64,000 nt of DNA from a virus. The DNA lies in the IMG/VR virus record IMGVR_UViG_3300045988_150584; one strand, 5' to 3'. The position numbers and the translations under genes are program-made. The notes under the pieces are model-generated. The model had not been told where the DNA came from, searched no databases, and saw nothing but the letters and a program-made list of their open reading frames with translations. Below are positions 24,753-32,673 of this stretch, piece after piece (the first letter of the stretch is position 1; each line of letters opens with the position of its first letter).

Positions 24753-24883
24753 AAAGTGAGTTTTTGTAATGCAACCAATTTTCAAAGAATACGCTCATTT
24801 CTTACATGATAATGGGTGTGATATATCTTGGTTTCAAGAAAGAACATATTGGTTGGATCACAACATTGTAAAAGCGTTCACGA

Positions 24884-24892
24884 GGGGGGGGG
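24884..24892 (+). repeat. G9 homopolymer at a frame switch
   Basis: Counted. Confidence 0.95.
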
Positions 24893-25163
24893 CAGCGGTT
24901 AGTTTCGCTATATAAGATTGTTGTTTCTGACGATCTTACCGTTGCTCTTACAAAACACAAACAAAATGTTGATGGTCTGCAATTTGAATCTTGGGACGAA
25001 ACTATCGCGCGTTTCAGACCGCATCTTGAAAGTATTGAGCATGATAGCATCGCTCTTCTTCGACAGTATGGAATTGGGACAGAGCGGAAAATAGTCAATA
25101 CAAATTCTACTGGCAAAGACAGTATGGTTGTTACACATCTTGCAAAAAAAGCAGGATTAAATT

Positions 25164-26078
25164 TTGAAACATATTTCAATGTTACAACCTTGGATGTTGC
25201 TGAAAGTAATTGTATGGCAAAACGGAATGGATTCAAACACATTCTGCCCAATCCGGAGTATGGTGGATTTTATAAGTACATCCAACGCTATGATGGGGGG
25301 GGGCAACCAAATGATACCAAGTAGATTGAATCGCTTCTGCTGCAATTATTTTAAGGAAAGTCCGACAATTGGCTATTTTCCTGATGATGAGCCTCTGATT
25401 TTCTTATTTGGAATGCGGAATCAAGAATCAGTTCGCCGGTCTGGTTATAAGGACATATGGAAAAACGAAAAGTGGGGCGAACGCGACTGGATCGCTCTTC
25501 TTCCAATTCGTCAATGGTCTGAGTTTGATGTCTGGCTTTATATTTTGTCGGAAGATATTGAGATCAACGACAAGTATAGATACGGATATGATCGCGTTGG
25601 ATGTGGTATTGCTTGTCCGAATTATACAAAGTATACATGGGTTCTTGATAAATACTGGTATCCATATTTGTTTAATCGGTGGAGAAATATCTTACGGAAC
25701 GACTTTATCAACAATAACAAGTGGCTCATTATGAATTGCACCGTCGATGAGTATGTGACAAAAGCATGGACTGGCGGTGTATATCGTGACGAGCCGACAG
25801 AAGATGTTATTTCTGAATTTTCTCAGTATTCTGGGCTGGATATATCAATTGCAAGAAAGTATTTTAATCGCTATTGCGCAAATGGATGTATTAACAAGCG
25901 CCGTCAGCCTCTTCGGATCAAAGATAGAAATGCTCTTGCCATGAATATGAAAATGTTTGGAAGAAATATAAATCATTTTTTGTGCAAGAAATGCCTTATG
26001 AAAGAATTTGGTTGGAACAAATCTCAATGGGACGAAAAAGTCAGCGAATTCAAAGCGCAAGGCTGTCAATTATTTTGA
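25164..26078 (+). CDS. largest open segment of the second PAPS-reductase-like gene
   Basis: ORF track 304 aa. Confidence 0.6.
   Translation: MKHISMLQPWMLLKVIVWQNGMDSNTFCPIRSMVDFISTSNAMMGGGNQMIPSRLNRFCCNYFKESPTIGYFPDDEPLIFLFGMRNQESVRRSGYKDIWKNEKWGERDWIALLPIRQWSEFDVWLYILSEDIEINDKYRYGYDRVGCGIACPNYTKYTWVLDKYWYPYLFNRWRNILRNDFINNNKWLIMNCTVDEYVTKAWTGGVYRDEPTEDVISEFSQYSGLDISIARKYFNRYCANGCINKRRQPLRIKDRNALAMNMKMFGRNINHFLCKKCLMKEFGWNKSQWDEKVSEFKAQGCQLF
25295..25303 (+). repeat. G9 homopolymer at a frame switch
   Basis: Counted. Confidence 0.95.
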
Positions 26079-26081
26079 AAA

Positions 26082-26098
26082 GAAATTAGTTAAATAAC
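26082..26098 (+). promoter_or_regulatory. Leader motif instance GAAATTAGTTAAATAAC
   Basis: Upstream of the AAAGGAG RBS of the 26118 gene. Confidence 0.35.
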
Positions 26099-26117
26099 TC
26101 AAAGGAGAACACAGTAT

Positions 26118-26639
26118 ATGAAGATGGACAAAGTTGCTGGCAGTGGGAATGACGAATTCTACACGCCAGAGTATGCAATTACACCTATTGCAAAGTATCT
26201 TGCACCCCCCCCCGCCGTAATTTGGTGTCCGTTTGATACGGAAGACAGTTTGTTTGTGAAGCATTTTAGAGCTGCTGGGTATACAGTTTTGGCAACACAT
26301 ATTTGTAATGGTCAGGACTTTTTTACTATGGAGACTCCAAACTGTGACTACATCATTAGTAATCCTCCATATTCACTTAAAGGTGATGTTATTGACCGCC
26401 TGTTTGAAATCGGAAAACCGTTTGCAATGCTTGTTGGCGTTGTTGGATTGTTTGAAAGCCAACATCGGTTTAACCTTTTCAAGTCACATGAATTTGAAAT
26501 TATGTATTTGAATAAGCGCGTTTCATACTTTAAGGACTATGCAGAGCAAAAACCGTCGCTTAATCCTCCGTTTAGTAGCGTCTATATTTGTAGCAAAATG
26601 CTTCCAAGAACCATTGTATTTGAAGAAATCGACAAATAA
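26118..26639 (+). CDS. adenine-specific DNA methyltransferase (NPPY)
   Basis: EFYTPEYAI..., IISNPPYSLK; in-frame C9 tract 26205-26213 (Pro-Pro-Pro). Confidence 0.75.
   Translation: MKMDKVAGSGNDEFYTPEYAITPIAKYLAPPPAVIWCPFDTEDSLFVKHFRAAGYTVLATHICNGQDFFTMETPNCDYIISNPPYSLKGDVIDRLFEIGKPFAMLVGVVGLFESQHRFNLFKSHEFEIMYLNKRVSYFKDYAEQKPSLNPPFSSVYICSKMLPRTIVFEEIDK
26205..26213 (+). repeat. C9 homopolymer (in frame)
   Basis: Counted. Confidence 0.95.
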
Positions 26640-26651
26640 TAGGAGTTTTCA

Positions 26652-27533
26652 ATGAGATATACTACTTCCCTTTTCTGCGAGTTCGATAAGTACGCAGCAG
26701 AAAGCTATTGTGCGGTTCATGACACAGCTCCGGAGCTAAATATTGGTGATATTACAAAGGCAGATGAGAAGTCTGTACCTGATTTCAACACCATGTTTGG
26801 CGGATCTCCGTGTCAGGACTTCTCTATCGCAGGGAAACAGGGGGGGGCTGCATGGACATGTAAAAACTGCGGTCATACATATAACCCCCTTGAAGCCCAT
26901 TACACAGAGCGAGATAAATGCCCGAATTGCGGTTCGACTAAGATTGAGAAAACACGCTCGTCTCTTTTGGTTGAATGGCTGCGCTTCCTTCGGGAGAAAA
27001 AGCCTCGTTTTGCTATCTATGAAAATGTCAAGAACATTGTAGGCGCTCGTTTTAGACCGACATTCGATCTGTTTGTTAAAGAGCTTGAGGACTACGGTTA
27101 CAATGTTCACTGGCAAGTATTAAATGCGAAAAATTATGGTATTCCTCAGAATCGAGAGCGTGTCTATTGTGTTATCATTCGTAAAGATTTGGATAACGGA
27201 AAGTTCAAATTCCCAGAGCCTATTCCGCTTAAACATACGCTTGCCGATATGTTAGAAACCGATGTCGATGAAAAATACTATCTCAGTGACGAGAAAGTAG
27301 CTGCAATGATTACCCCCCCCCGCAGCGAATCAGTAAAACAATCCGAGTTGGAGGAAGAAATTCAGCCGACAGACAACATCAATGGGACTTGGTTGCAGAA
27401 AACACATGGAGTCCGATTGAGTAACAAAGGCAACAAGTTTGATGGATATAGTGATATTGCTCTAACTCTTCTTGCGAGAGACTATAAGGGTTTTGGCAAT
27501 CAGCAAATGACAGGAGTAATGGAAATTGACTGA
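26652..27533 (+). CDS. C5-cytosine DNA methyltransferase, catalytic part starting at motif II (no motif I)
   Basis: Own AGGAG RBS. LFCEFDKYAAESY (II), GGSPCQDFS (IV), ENVKNIV (VI), QNRERVY (VIII). In-frame G8 26840-26847 and C9 27313-27321. Confidence 0.8.
   Translation: MRYTTSLFCEFDKYAAESYCAVHDTAPELNIGDITKADEKSVPDFNTMFGGSPCQDFSIAGKQGGAAWTCKNCGHTYNPLEAHYTERDKCPNCGSTKIEKTRSSLLVEWLRFLREKKPRFAIYENVKNIVGARFRPTFDLFVKELEDYGYNVHWQVLNAKNYGIPQNRERVYCVIIRKDLDNGKFKFPEPIPLKHTLADMLETDVDEKYYLSDEKVAAMITPPRSESVKQSELEEEIQPTDNINGTWLQKTHGVRLSNKGNKFDGYSDIALTLLARDYKGFGNQQMTGVMEID
26840..26847 (+). repeat. G8 homopolymer (in frame)
   Basis: Counted. Confidence 0.95.
27313..27321 (+). repeat. C9 homopolymer (in frame)
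   Basis: Counted. Confidence 0.95.
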
Positions 27534-27715
27534 TAAAATTATTCAAGTTGGGAACTGGACGCAAGGTGCAAAACGCGAGAATCCGCAAAGAGGTCGAGTA
27601 TACGATCCGTCAGGAATTGCACCATCCCTCACCTGTATGGGGGGGTAATCTTCAGCCGTTTATAATCGTCCGTAATGAACATGTTGAGTTAGAAAGTAGT
27701 GCTGATGAAGAGTAG
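27526..27715 (+). pseudogene. TRD-like cassette of C5-methylase, two frames joined at a G7 tract
   Basis: LTDKIIQVGNWTQGAKRENPQRGRVYDPSGIAPSLTCMGG stops at TAA right after G7 27639-27645; GGNLQPFIIVRNEH... continues in the +1 frame. Confidence 0.45.
27639..27645 (+). repeat. G7 homopolymer at a frame switch
   Basis: Counted. Confidence 0.95.
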
Positions 27716-28775
27716 CGTTTTAATTCCCGCAGCAATTCACGGTCGTTATTCTGACAATGGTAGTATTGTGCAGCGATTAGAGCTTAGGCCAGATAAATGC
27801 ACGAATACGCTTACCTCTGTACAGAAGGACAATATTATAGTGGAATGCTGCATTGATATCCGTTTCTCCACTGAACGGAGTGAAGATGTGAAAGAAAACA
27901 ATATGCCAGTCAATGTTGGAAATGTAAATCCGTCTGGGCATGGAATGAACGGTACGGTCTACGACGCAGATGGCGTTTCTCCGACATTAACGACGAATAA
28001 AGGAGAGGGCGTAAAAATCCGCATTAAATCACCTACGCCCTTACACCAGACAATTATCTATGATGACTACAATAGGAGGATCAAGTCGGATCAGACTTGT
28101 ATAGGAACAGTTATGCCAAATTTCAAAAATGACGCTCCTGGCAATGGAACTAAGCTGATTGAAGTAAGTCCTACACCAGAGGATAAAATCACAATGCTTG
28201 GCGGCTTGCAAAAGCACCAGACTCCGAGAGACGATGGTATCTGCCCATGCGTAAATAGCGCTGCCGGTATGGGTGGTGGGCAAACGCCTATTGCAATGCG
28301 CCCAGGTTTTCGGGTAAGAAAACTCACGCCGAAAGAGTGTTGGCGTTTGATGGGTTTTGACGATGAGGATTTTGAAAAAGCACGCGATGCTATGAACGAG
28401 AATATTTATAATGGTAACGACCGTTCCAGTTCGCAGCTCTATAAGCAGGCCGGTAATAGTATTGTCGTAGATGTCCTTCAGCATATTATGGAGAATCTAT
28501 ATGACGCTATGCCATATCTGTTTGACGATATGTCTGTTGGATCGTTCTTCAGCGGTATTGGCGCTTTTGAAAAAGCTCTATCGCGGCTTGATACAAGGCT
28601 GAGCGAGAATACTCAGAATGGTTCTTCCGCCGAACTTACACAGATTGGATATATCAACGATTATAATGGAGACGCAAATCGTGTATATGATGGCGCTGCC
28701 ATTGCCCGTGCCTTGAAAGCCGAGGCGGGGGGGGCGGAGCAAAGACCGGATGGTACAGTGTCAATGCTTCGTTAA
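27699..28775 (+). CDS. C5-methylase continuation: further TRDs, motifs IX-X, then a motif I (FxGxG) segment
   Basis: GVSPTLTTNKGEG (TRD), RKLTPKECWRLMGF (IX), QAGNSIVVDV (X), followed by VGSFFSGIGAFEKAL (I). G8 at 28727-28734. Confidence 0.7.
   Translation: MLMKSSVLIPAAIHGRYSDNGSIVQRLELRPDKCTNTLTSVQKDNIIVECCIDIRFSTERSEDVKENNMPVNVGNVNPSGHGMNGTVYDADGVSPTLTTNKGEGVKIRIKSPTPLHQTIIYDDYNRRIKSDQTCIGTVMPNFKNDAPGNGTKLIEVSPTPEDKITMLGGLQKHQTPRDDGICPCVNSAAGMGGGQTPIAMRPGFRVRKLTPKECWRLMGFDDEDFEKARDAMNENIYNGNDRSSSQLYKQAGNSIVVDVLQHIMENLYDAMPYLFDDMSVGSFFSGIGAFEKALSRLDTRLSENTQNGSSAELTQIGYINDYNGDANRVYDGAAIARALKAEAGGAEQRPDGTVSMLR
28727..28734 (+). repeat. G8 homopolymer
   Basis: Counted; all three frames stop within about 45 nt downstream. 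Confidence 0.95.
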
Positions 28776-28776
28776 A

Positions 28777-28920
28777 GTGATTGGAAGAATAATTCCAGAT
28801 AGCAAGAAGCTTCACCAAAATCAGGAAGTGTATGATACGGATTCGTGTAGCGGCGGAGGGCTTTCGCCTACGATTAAAGCCACGCACTACAAAGATCCAC
28901 CCAAAATTGAGGTGCAGTAG
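28777..28920 (+). pseudogene. TRD-like cassette fragment
   Basis: VIGRIIPDSKK...GGGLSPTIKATHYKD in a separate frame. Confidence 0.4.
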
Positions 28921-29123
28921 TGGAAACAGTCAGAATTAAGCAAGCCACAAAACAGGGTTTTATTGAGTGCGTCGTGGGGGGGGCTGTCGATCTCTCCTAT
29001 CCAAACTCAAAAACAAGGCGTGGTCGAGTACAAGAGGGCGGAACGATCTGCCCGACAATTACAGCACAGAATACCGGCATCTGCCTTATTGAAAAAGCAG
29101 ATTATTCCCGCAAATCCACTTGA
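28920..29123 (+). pseudogene. TRD-like cassette fragment
   Basis: ORF track 67 aa ...RGRVQEGGTICPTITAQNTG; in-frame G8 28976-28983. Confidence 0.4.
28976..28983 (+). repeat. G8 homopolymer
   Basis: Counted. Confidence 0.95.
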
Positions 29124-29148
29124 CAGATAGCGTCAAGCGTGTTATTAT
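29120..29148 (+). promoter_or_regulatory. Sigma-A-type promoter TTGACA-17-TATTAT
   Basis: TTGACA 29120-29125, 17-nt spacer, TATTAT 29143-29148. Confidence 0.6.
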
Positions 29149-29153
29149 ATAGA

Positions 29154-29170
29154 GGAAATAGCTAAACAAT
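29154..29170 (+). promoter_or_regulatory. Leader motif instance GGAAATAGCTAAACAAT
   Basis: Starts at about +1 of promoter 29120-29148. Confidence 0.4.
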
Positions 29171-29209
29171 ATCGGAATGGCATGTAGCCATCCGTTTGGT
29201 TCTTTCAAA

Positions 29210-29226
29210 GGAATTAGCAAAATAAT
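29210..29226 (+). promoter_or_regulatory. Leader motif instance GGAATTAGCAAAATAAT
   Basis: Second copy in the same leader, upstream of AAAGGAG. Confidence 0.35.
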
Positions 29227-29246
29227 TTATTAAAGGAGTTCAGTTT

Positions 29247-29708
29247 ATGGAAAAGCGAATGGTTTCTTATCCGTATCCGAGTCAGAACATTGTTAGTAGC
29301 ATTTTGGATGATGTATTGCGTTCTGTCAGCGCTGCGAGCGTTCCCGCAAATCGTCCTACTGCTATGACGGCGGTTCACCAGCCGGCGCAGGTCATCTTTA
29401 ATCCTCCTGCCACGATTGTGTATTGGAGAGATGGTACTAAGACGGTCGTGCGCTGCGACAACGACGAGTTCTCTGAGGAATTCGGCTTTGCGATGGCCTG
29501 TATGCGCAAGATCTTCGGTACTCGAAATGCGTTTAAGGCGCAGTTCAAGAACGCATACCGCCCTTATCTGAAAAAGAAAAAGGAAAAGCATACCGATAGC
29601 TGTGAGGTCAAGCATTCCGATGCTCCCATCTCTTTGGATAAGATGCTGCGTGATTTTGCTGGAGATGACAGCGTTGGTGTCGCTATTGGATTTAAGCCCA
29701 AGGAGTAA
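29247..29708 (+). CDS. hypothetical protein
   Basis: ORF track 153 aa. Confidence 0.6.
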   Translation: MEKRMVSYPYPSQNIVSSILDDVLRSVSAASVPANRPTAMTAVHQPAQVIFNPPATIVYWRDGTKTVVRCDNDEFSEEFGFAMACMRKIFGTRNAFKAQFKNAYRPYLKKKKEKHTDSCEVKHSDAPISLDKMLRDFAGDDSVGVAIGFKPKE

Positions 29709-29964
29709 TCCTTATTTCGTATGTGTTGAGTGCGGCTGTGTGTTTCAAGAGCCAAAGCATTATATCGAAACGCATGGTCTCGACACTCCACCATATGAGC
29801 ATTTTACAGTTTGTCCTCATTGCGGCGGAGCGTTTGTAGAAGCACATCGTTGTGATTGCTGCGGTGAATTTATTACCGCCGATTACATTGTGGTTCAAGA
29901 TGGAAAACGCTATTGCGAAGAGTGCTATTCTATTCGGAACATTGAGGATGATTTAGCTGCATAA
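29665..29964 (+). CDS. zinc-ribbon protein (start uncertain)
   Basis: CVECG...CPHCG...CDCCG...CEEC; ORF track 29602..29964, first ATG 29665. Confidence 0.5.
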   Translation: MTALVSLLDLSPRSNPYFVCVECGCVFQEPKHYIETHGLDTPPYEHFTVCPHCGGAFVEAHRCDCCGEFITADYIVVQDGKRYCEECYSIRNIEDDLAA

Positions 29965-29978
29965 ACGGAGGTTTTAAT

Positions 29979-30578
29979 TTGATTAGCGATAAGTTGGGAC
30001 AATCATTGAAAGAGGAATTTCTTTTGATTTGCAAGAGAGATATTTGTCGAGATGGAATCGAAGAACTGTTAGGATGGGTAGAAGAAAGTGATTTCTTTTA
30101 TGCTCCAGCAAGTACAAGATTTCACGGCAATTACAAATATGGTCTGTTAGAGCATTCTTTGAATGTTTACAAAGCCTTAAAGGAACTTGTTAAGCAACAC
30201 GAAGAGGTTGAGGTATCCGATGAGACGCTTGCAATTTCTGCACTATTTCACGATATTTGCAAGGCAAACTTATATGTCGTAGGGAGCAGAAATGTTAAGG
30301 ATGAGCAGACGGGCCAATGGCACAAGGAAGCAATTTATAAGCATGATGACCAGTTTCCTATTGGTCATGGCGAAAAGTCTGTGATTATTTTGCTTCGGCA
30401 TATGGCTCTCACAGACGATGAAATTTATGCGATTCGCTTCCATATGGGCGGATTTGATTCCGCCGTCAAAGGCGGAGATGGAAGTATCAGCAAAGCTTAC
30501 GAACTTTGCCCGCTTGCGGTGTTACTCCATCTTGCAGATATGACCGCAAGTTATCTTATGGAGGATCGTAATGCCTGA
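29979..30578 (+). CDS. HD-domain phosphohydrolase
   Basis: SALFHDICK, GHGEKS; TTG start after GGAGG. Confidence 0.7.
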   Translation: MISDKLGQSLKEEFLLICKRDICRDGIEELLGWVEESDFFYAPASTRFHGNYKYGLLEHSLNVYKALKELVKQHEEVEVSDETLAISALFHDICKANLYVVGSRNVKDEQTGQWHKEAIYKHDDQFPIGHGEKSVIILLRHMALTDDEIYAIRFHMGGFDSAVKGGDGSISKAYELCPLAVLLHLADMTASYLMEDRNA

Positions 30579-31335
30579 TGAAGCAAATTTGAATCTGGTA
30601 CAGAAACTTGCGAAGATCCGCGAAATGGTGGAGGTTCTTCGCAAGAATAAATCCGGATTTAACTACAAGTATGTTACGGAAGATGAGATTCTGGCGCGTG
30701 TGGCTGCCGGCATGAAGAAATACGGTGTGTCGCTGCAGCCAAGTATTGTTCCTGGCACACTTTCTGTAACGCCTGTCAGTTACACAAAAACAAAGAATAC
30801 AAAGTCTGGCGATCAGCTCAAAGAGGAAATCAACGAAACGCTTGTTCATGCAGAACTTACTTTTACTTGGGTAAACTGCGATGATGTAAATGATACTCTC
30901 GTTGTTCCGTGGGCATTGGTTGGACAGCAGGGCGACGCAAGCCAAGCTTTTGGTAGCGGCCTGACATATGCAAATCGTTATTTTATGCTGAAATTCTTCC
31001 AAATCGCAACACCGGACGATGATCCGGACAATTGGCGGAGCAAGAAGGAAGAGGCGGAACAGGAAGCTGAAATGGCTATTGTTCGTCCAATCATCACAAA
31101 GATTGACGATCATGTCAAAACATATCTGAATGCAAATGAAAATGAAGCCGGTGCGAGAAAGGCGCTTATTGAGGTTGTTAAAAAGTATGTCAAAGATGGC
31201 AATAAGCCAACTGCCGACTACATGAATTACCTCACAGATCCCACGGTCGCAGGAGAGCTTCTTGAAGAGCTTCAAAAGCAATTTCCAGTTGGAACAAAGA
31301 AAAAGTCAGTAGCAAAGAAAGAAGGTAATGCGTAA
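30571..31335 (+). CDS. erf: ERF-family single-strand annealing protein
   Basis: NLVQKLAKIREMV...FNYKYVTEDEIL...QAFGSGLTYANRYFMLKFF pattern. Confidence 0.7.
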   Translation: MPDEANLNLVQKLAKIREMVEVLRKNKSGFNYKYVTEDEILARVAAGMKKYGVSLQPSIVPGTLSVTPVSYTKTKNTKSGDQLKEEINETLVHAELTFTWVNCDDVNDTLVVPWALVGQQGDASQAFGSGLTYANRYFMLKFFQIATPDDDPDNWRSKKEEAEQEAEMAIVRPIITKIDDHVKTYLNANENEAGARKALIEVVKKYVKDGNKPTADYMNYLTDPTVAGELLEELQKQFPVGTKKKSVAKKEGNA

Positions 31336-31769
31336 TGGGATTTCGTGAAGGTGCATTTGCTACGGTTTGGGAGATCACAAATCAGGGAGATACCTTCTCT
31401 AAGGTAAGAGTGTCCACAAGCCGTAAAGATAAGAAGACGGATGAATATGTAACCGACTTTAACGGATTCGTCAGTCTGATTGGCGAGGCGAACAAAAAGT
31501 TAGGTCTCATTGAGCGTTCTTTGGATGAAGATGGTCGGTGCAGAATCAAGCTTGGTGCTTGTGATGTCTCTAATCGCTACGATAAGGACGCAGGCCGCGA
31601 GTTTGTAAACTATACGCTGTTCGATTTCGAGATGCCTGATGGGAGCGGAGCTGATGCCGCAGAAGCTCCTAAGGAAAAGAAAACTCCAAAGGGCGGGAAA
31701 AAGCAGAAAGCAAAGCCGTCTGCTCTGACCGAAGAAGAGTCTGATGAAGACGAAGAACTCCCGTTTTAA
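31335..31769 (+). CDS. ssb: single-stranded DNA-binding protein
   Basis: OB-like N-terminus and acidic tail ending DEDEELPF. Confidence 0.75.
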   Translation: MGFREGAFATVWEITNQGDTFSKVRVSTSRKDKKTDEYVTDFNGFVSLIGEANKKLGLIERSLDEDGRCRIKLGACDVSNRYDKDAGREFVNYTLFDFEMPDGSGADAAEAPKEKKTPKGGKKQKAKPSALTEEESDEDEELPF

Positions 31770-31824
31770 GTCGCTTCGATGAATGCGGTGATGCACTATT
31801 CGATACGATTTAATCATCGAAGAT

Positions 31825-32580
31825 ATGACTTGGAGTTATTCAAGAGTAGCATCATTTGATGATTGCCCGTATAAGTGGTTTCTTTCCTATTTATATCGGG
31901 ATGAAAATGGACATTCTCTGAAAAAGAAAAGTGGCTTTTTTGCAGAATTCGGAAGCTACATGCACAAGATTTTGCAGATGTACTTGAGTGGTCTACTGGA
32001 AAAAGAGCGCTTGTCTACTTACTATGTAGCCCACTTCAAGGAGAATGTTTTTTCAAAAGCCCCAAACTCCAAGATCTATATGAACTATTTTCAGCAAGGC
32101 TTTCATTATCTTGATGACTTTTCATTTCCGTCGAGAAGTATTATTGGCGTAGAAGAAAAGGTTGATTTTATGTTTGCTGGCAGAAAATTTACCGGATTCG
32201 TTGATCTCATTAGCGAAAATGGGAAACTGATTGTGACAGACCACAAATCAAGAACTTTGAAGCCTCGCTCAAAGCGTTCAAAGCCAACAAAGCATGATGC
32301 GGAATTAGACGAATATCTACGCCAGCTATATGTCTATTCCGCAGCAATCAAAGGAAAATATGGTCGCTACCCAGATATATTAGAGTTTAATTGTTTCCGC
32401 TCTCAAGCCATGATTCAAGAACCATTCGAGTCAAAAAGGCTTTATACGGTTGAGGATTGGGCGAGTAAAACAATAGATTCCATTGCCACCAACGATAAGT
32501 GGAGCGCAAAGCCAGATTATTGGAGGTGTAATTATCTATGCGATGTTTGTGACCATTGCGAATATAAAGGATTGATTTGA
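31825..32580 (+). CDS. PD-(D/E)XK Cas4-like exonuclease
   Basis: N-terminal Cys (CPYKWF), VDLI...IVTDHKS, C-terminal CNYLCDVCDHC. Confidence 0.7.
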   Translation: MTWSYSRVASFDDCPYKWFLSYLYRDENGHSLKKKSGFFAEFGSYMHKILQMYLSGLLEKERLSTYYVAHFKENVFSKAPNSKIYMNYFQQGFHYLDDFSFPSRSIIGVEEKVDFMFAGRKFTGFVDLISENGKLIVTDHKSRTLKPRSKRSKPTKHDAELDEYLRQLYVYSAAIKGKYGRYPDILEFNCFRSQAMIQEPFESKRLYTVEDWASKTIDSIATNDKWSAKPDYWRCNYLCDVCDHCEYKGLI

Positions 32581-32673
32581 TAGGGGTGATTCGCGCTGCA
32601 AATTGATCGTGATGTAATTCTTGAAGCGAAAGAAAAACTTGGTGATGAAAACGCCAGAATTATCGCTCAGGAA

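Larger units (their letters stand above)
24769..26078 (+). pseudogene. Second PAPS-reductase-like (IbrA-like) gene split into three frames by two G9 tracts (phase-variable or frameshifted)
   Basis: Hand translation: MQPIFKEY... (24769, frame 1), then ...STGKDSMVVTHLAKK... (frame 2), then ORF 25164..26078 (frame 0). Switch points are G9 24884-24892 and G9 25295-25303. Confidence 0.65.

Noticed and set aside
24802-25251. 149-aa minus-strand ORF in the PAPS-reductase region
   Set aside because: The plus strand carries the PP-loop motif and continues across frames. The minus-strand ORF arises because the plus-strand gene is broken into short pieces there.
30556-31281. 241-aa minus-strand ORF
   Set aside because: It is antisense to the ERF-family gene and has no supporting signals.
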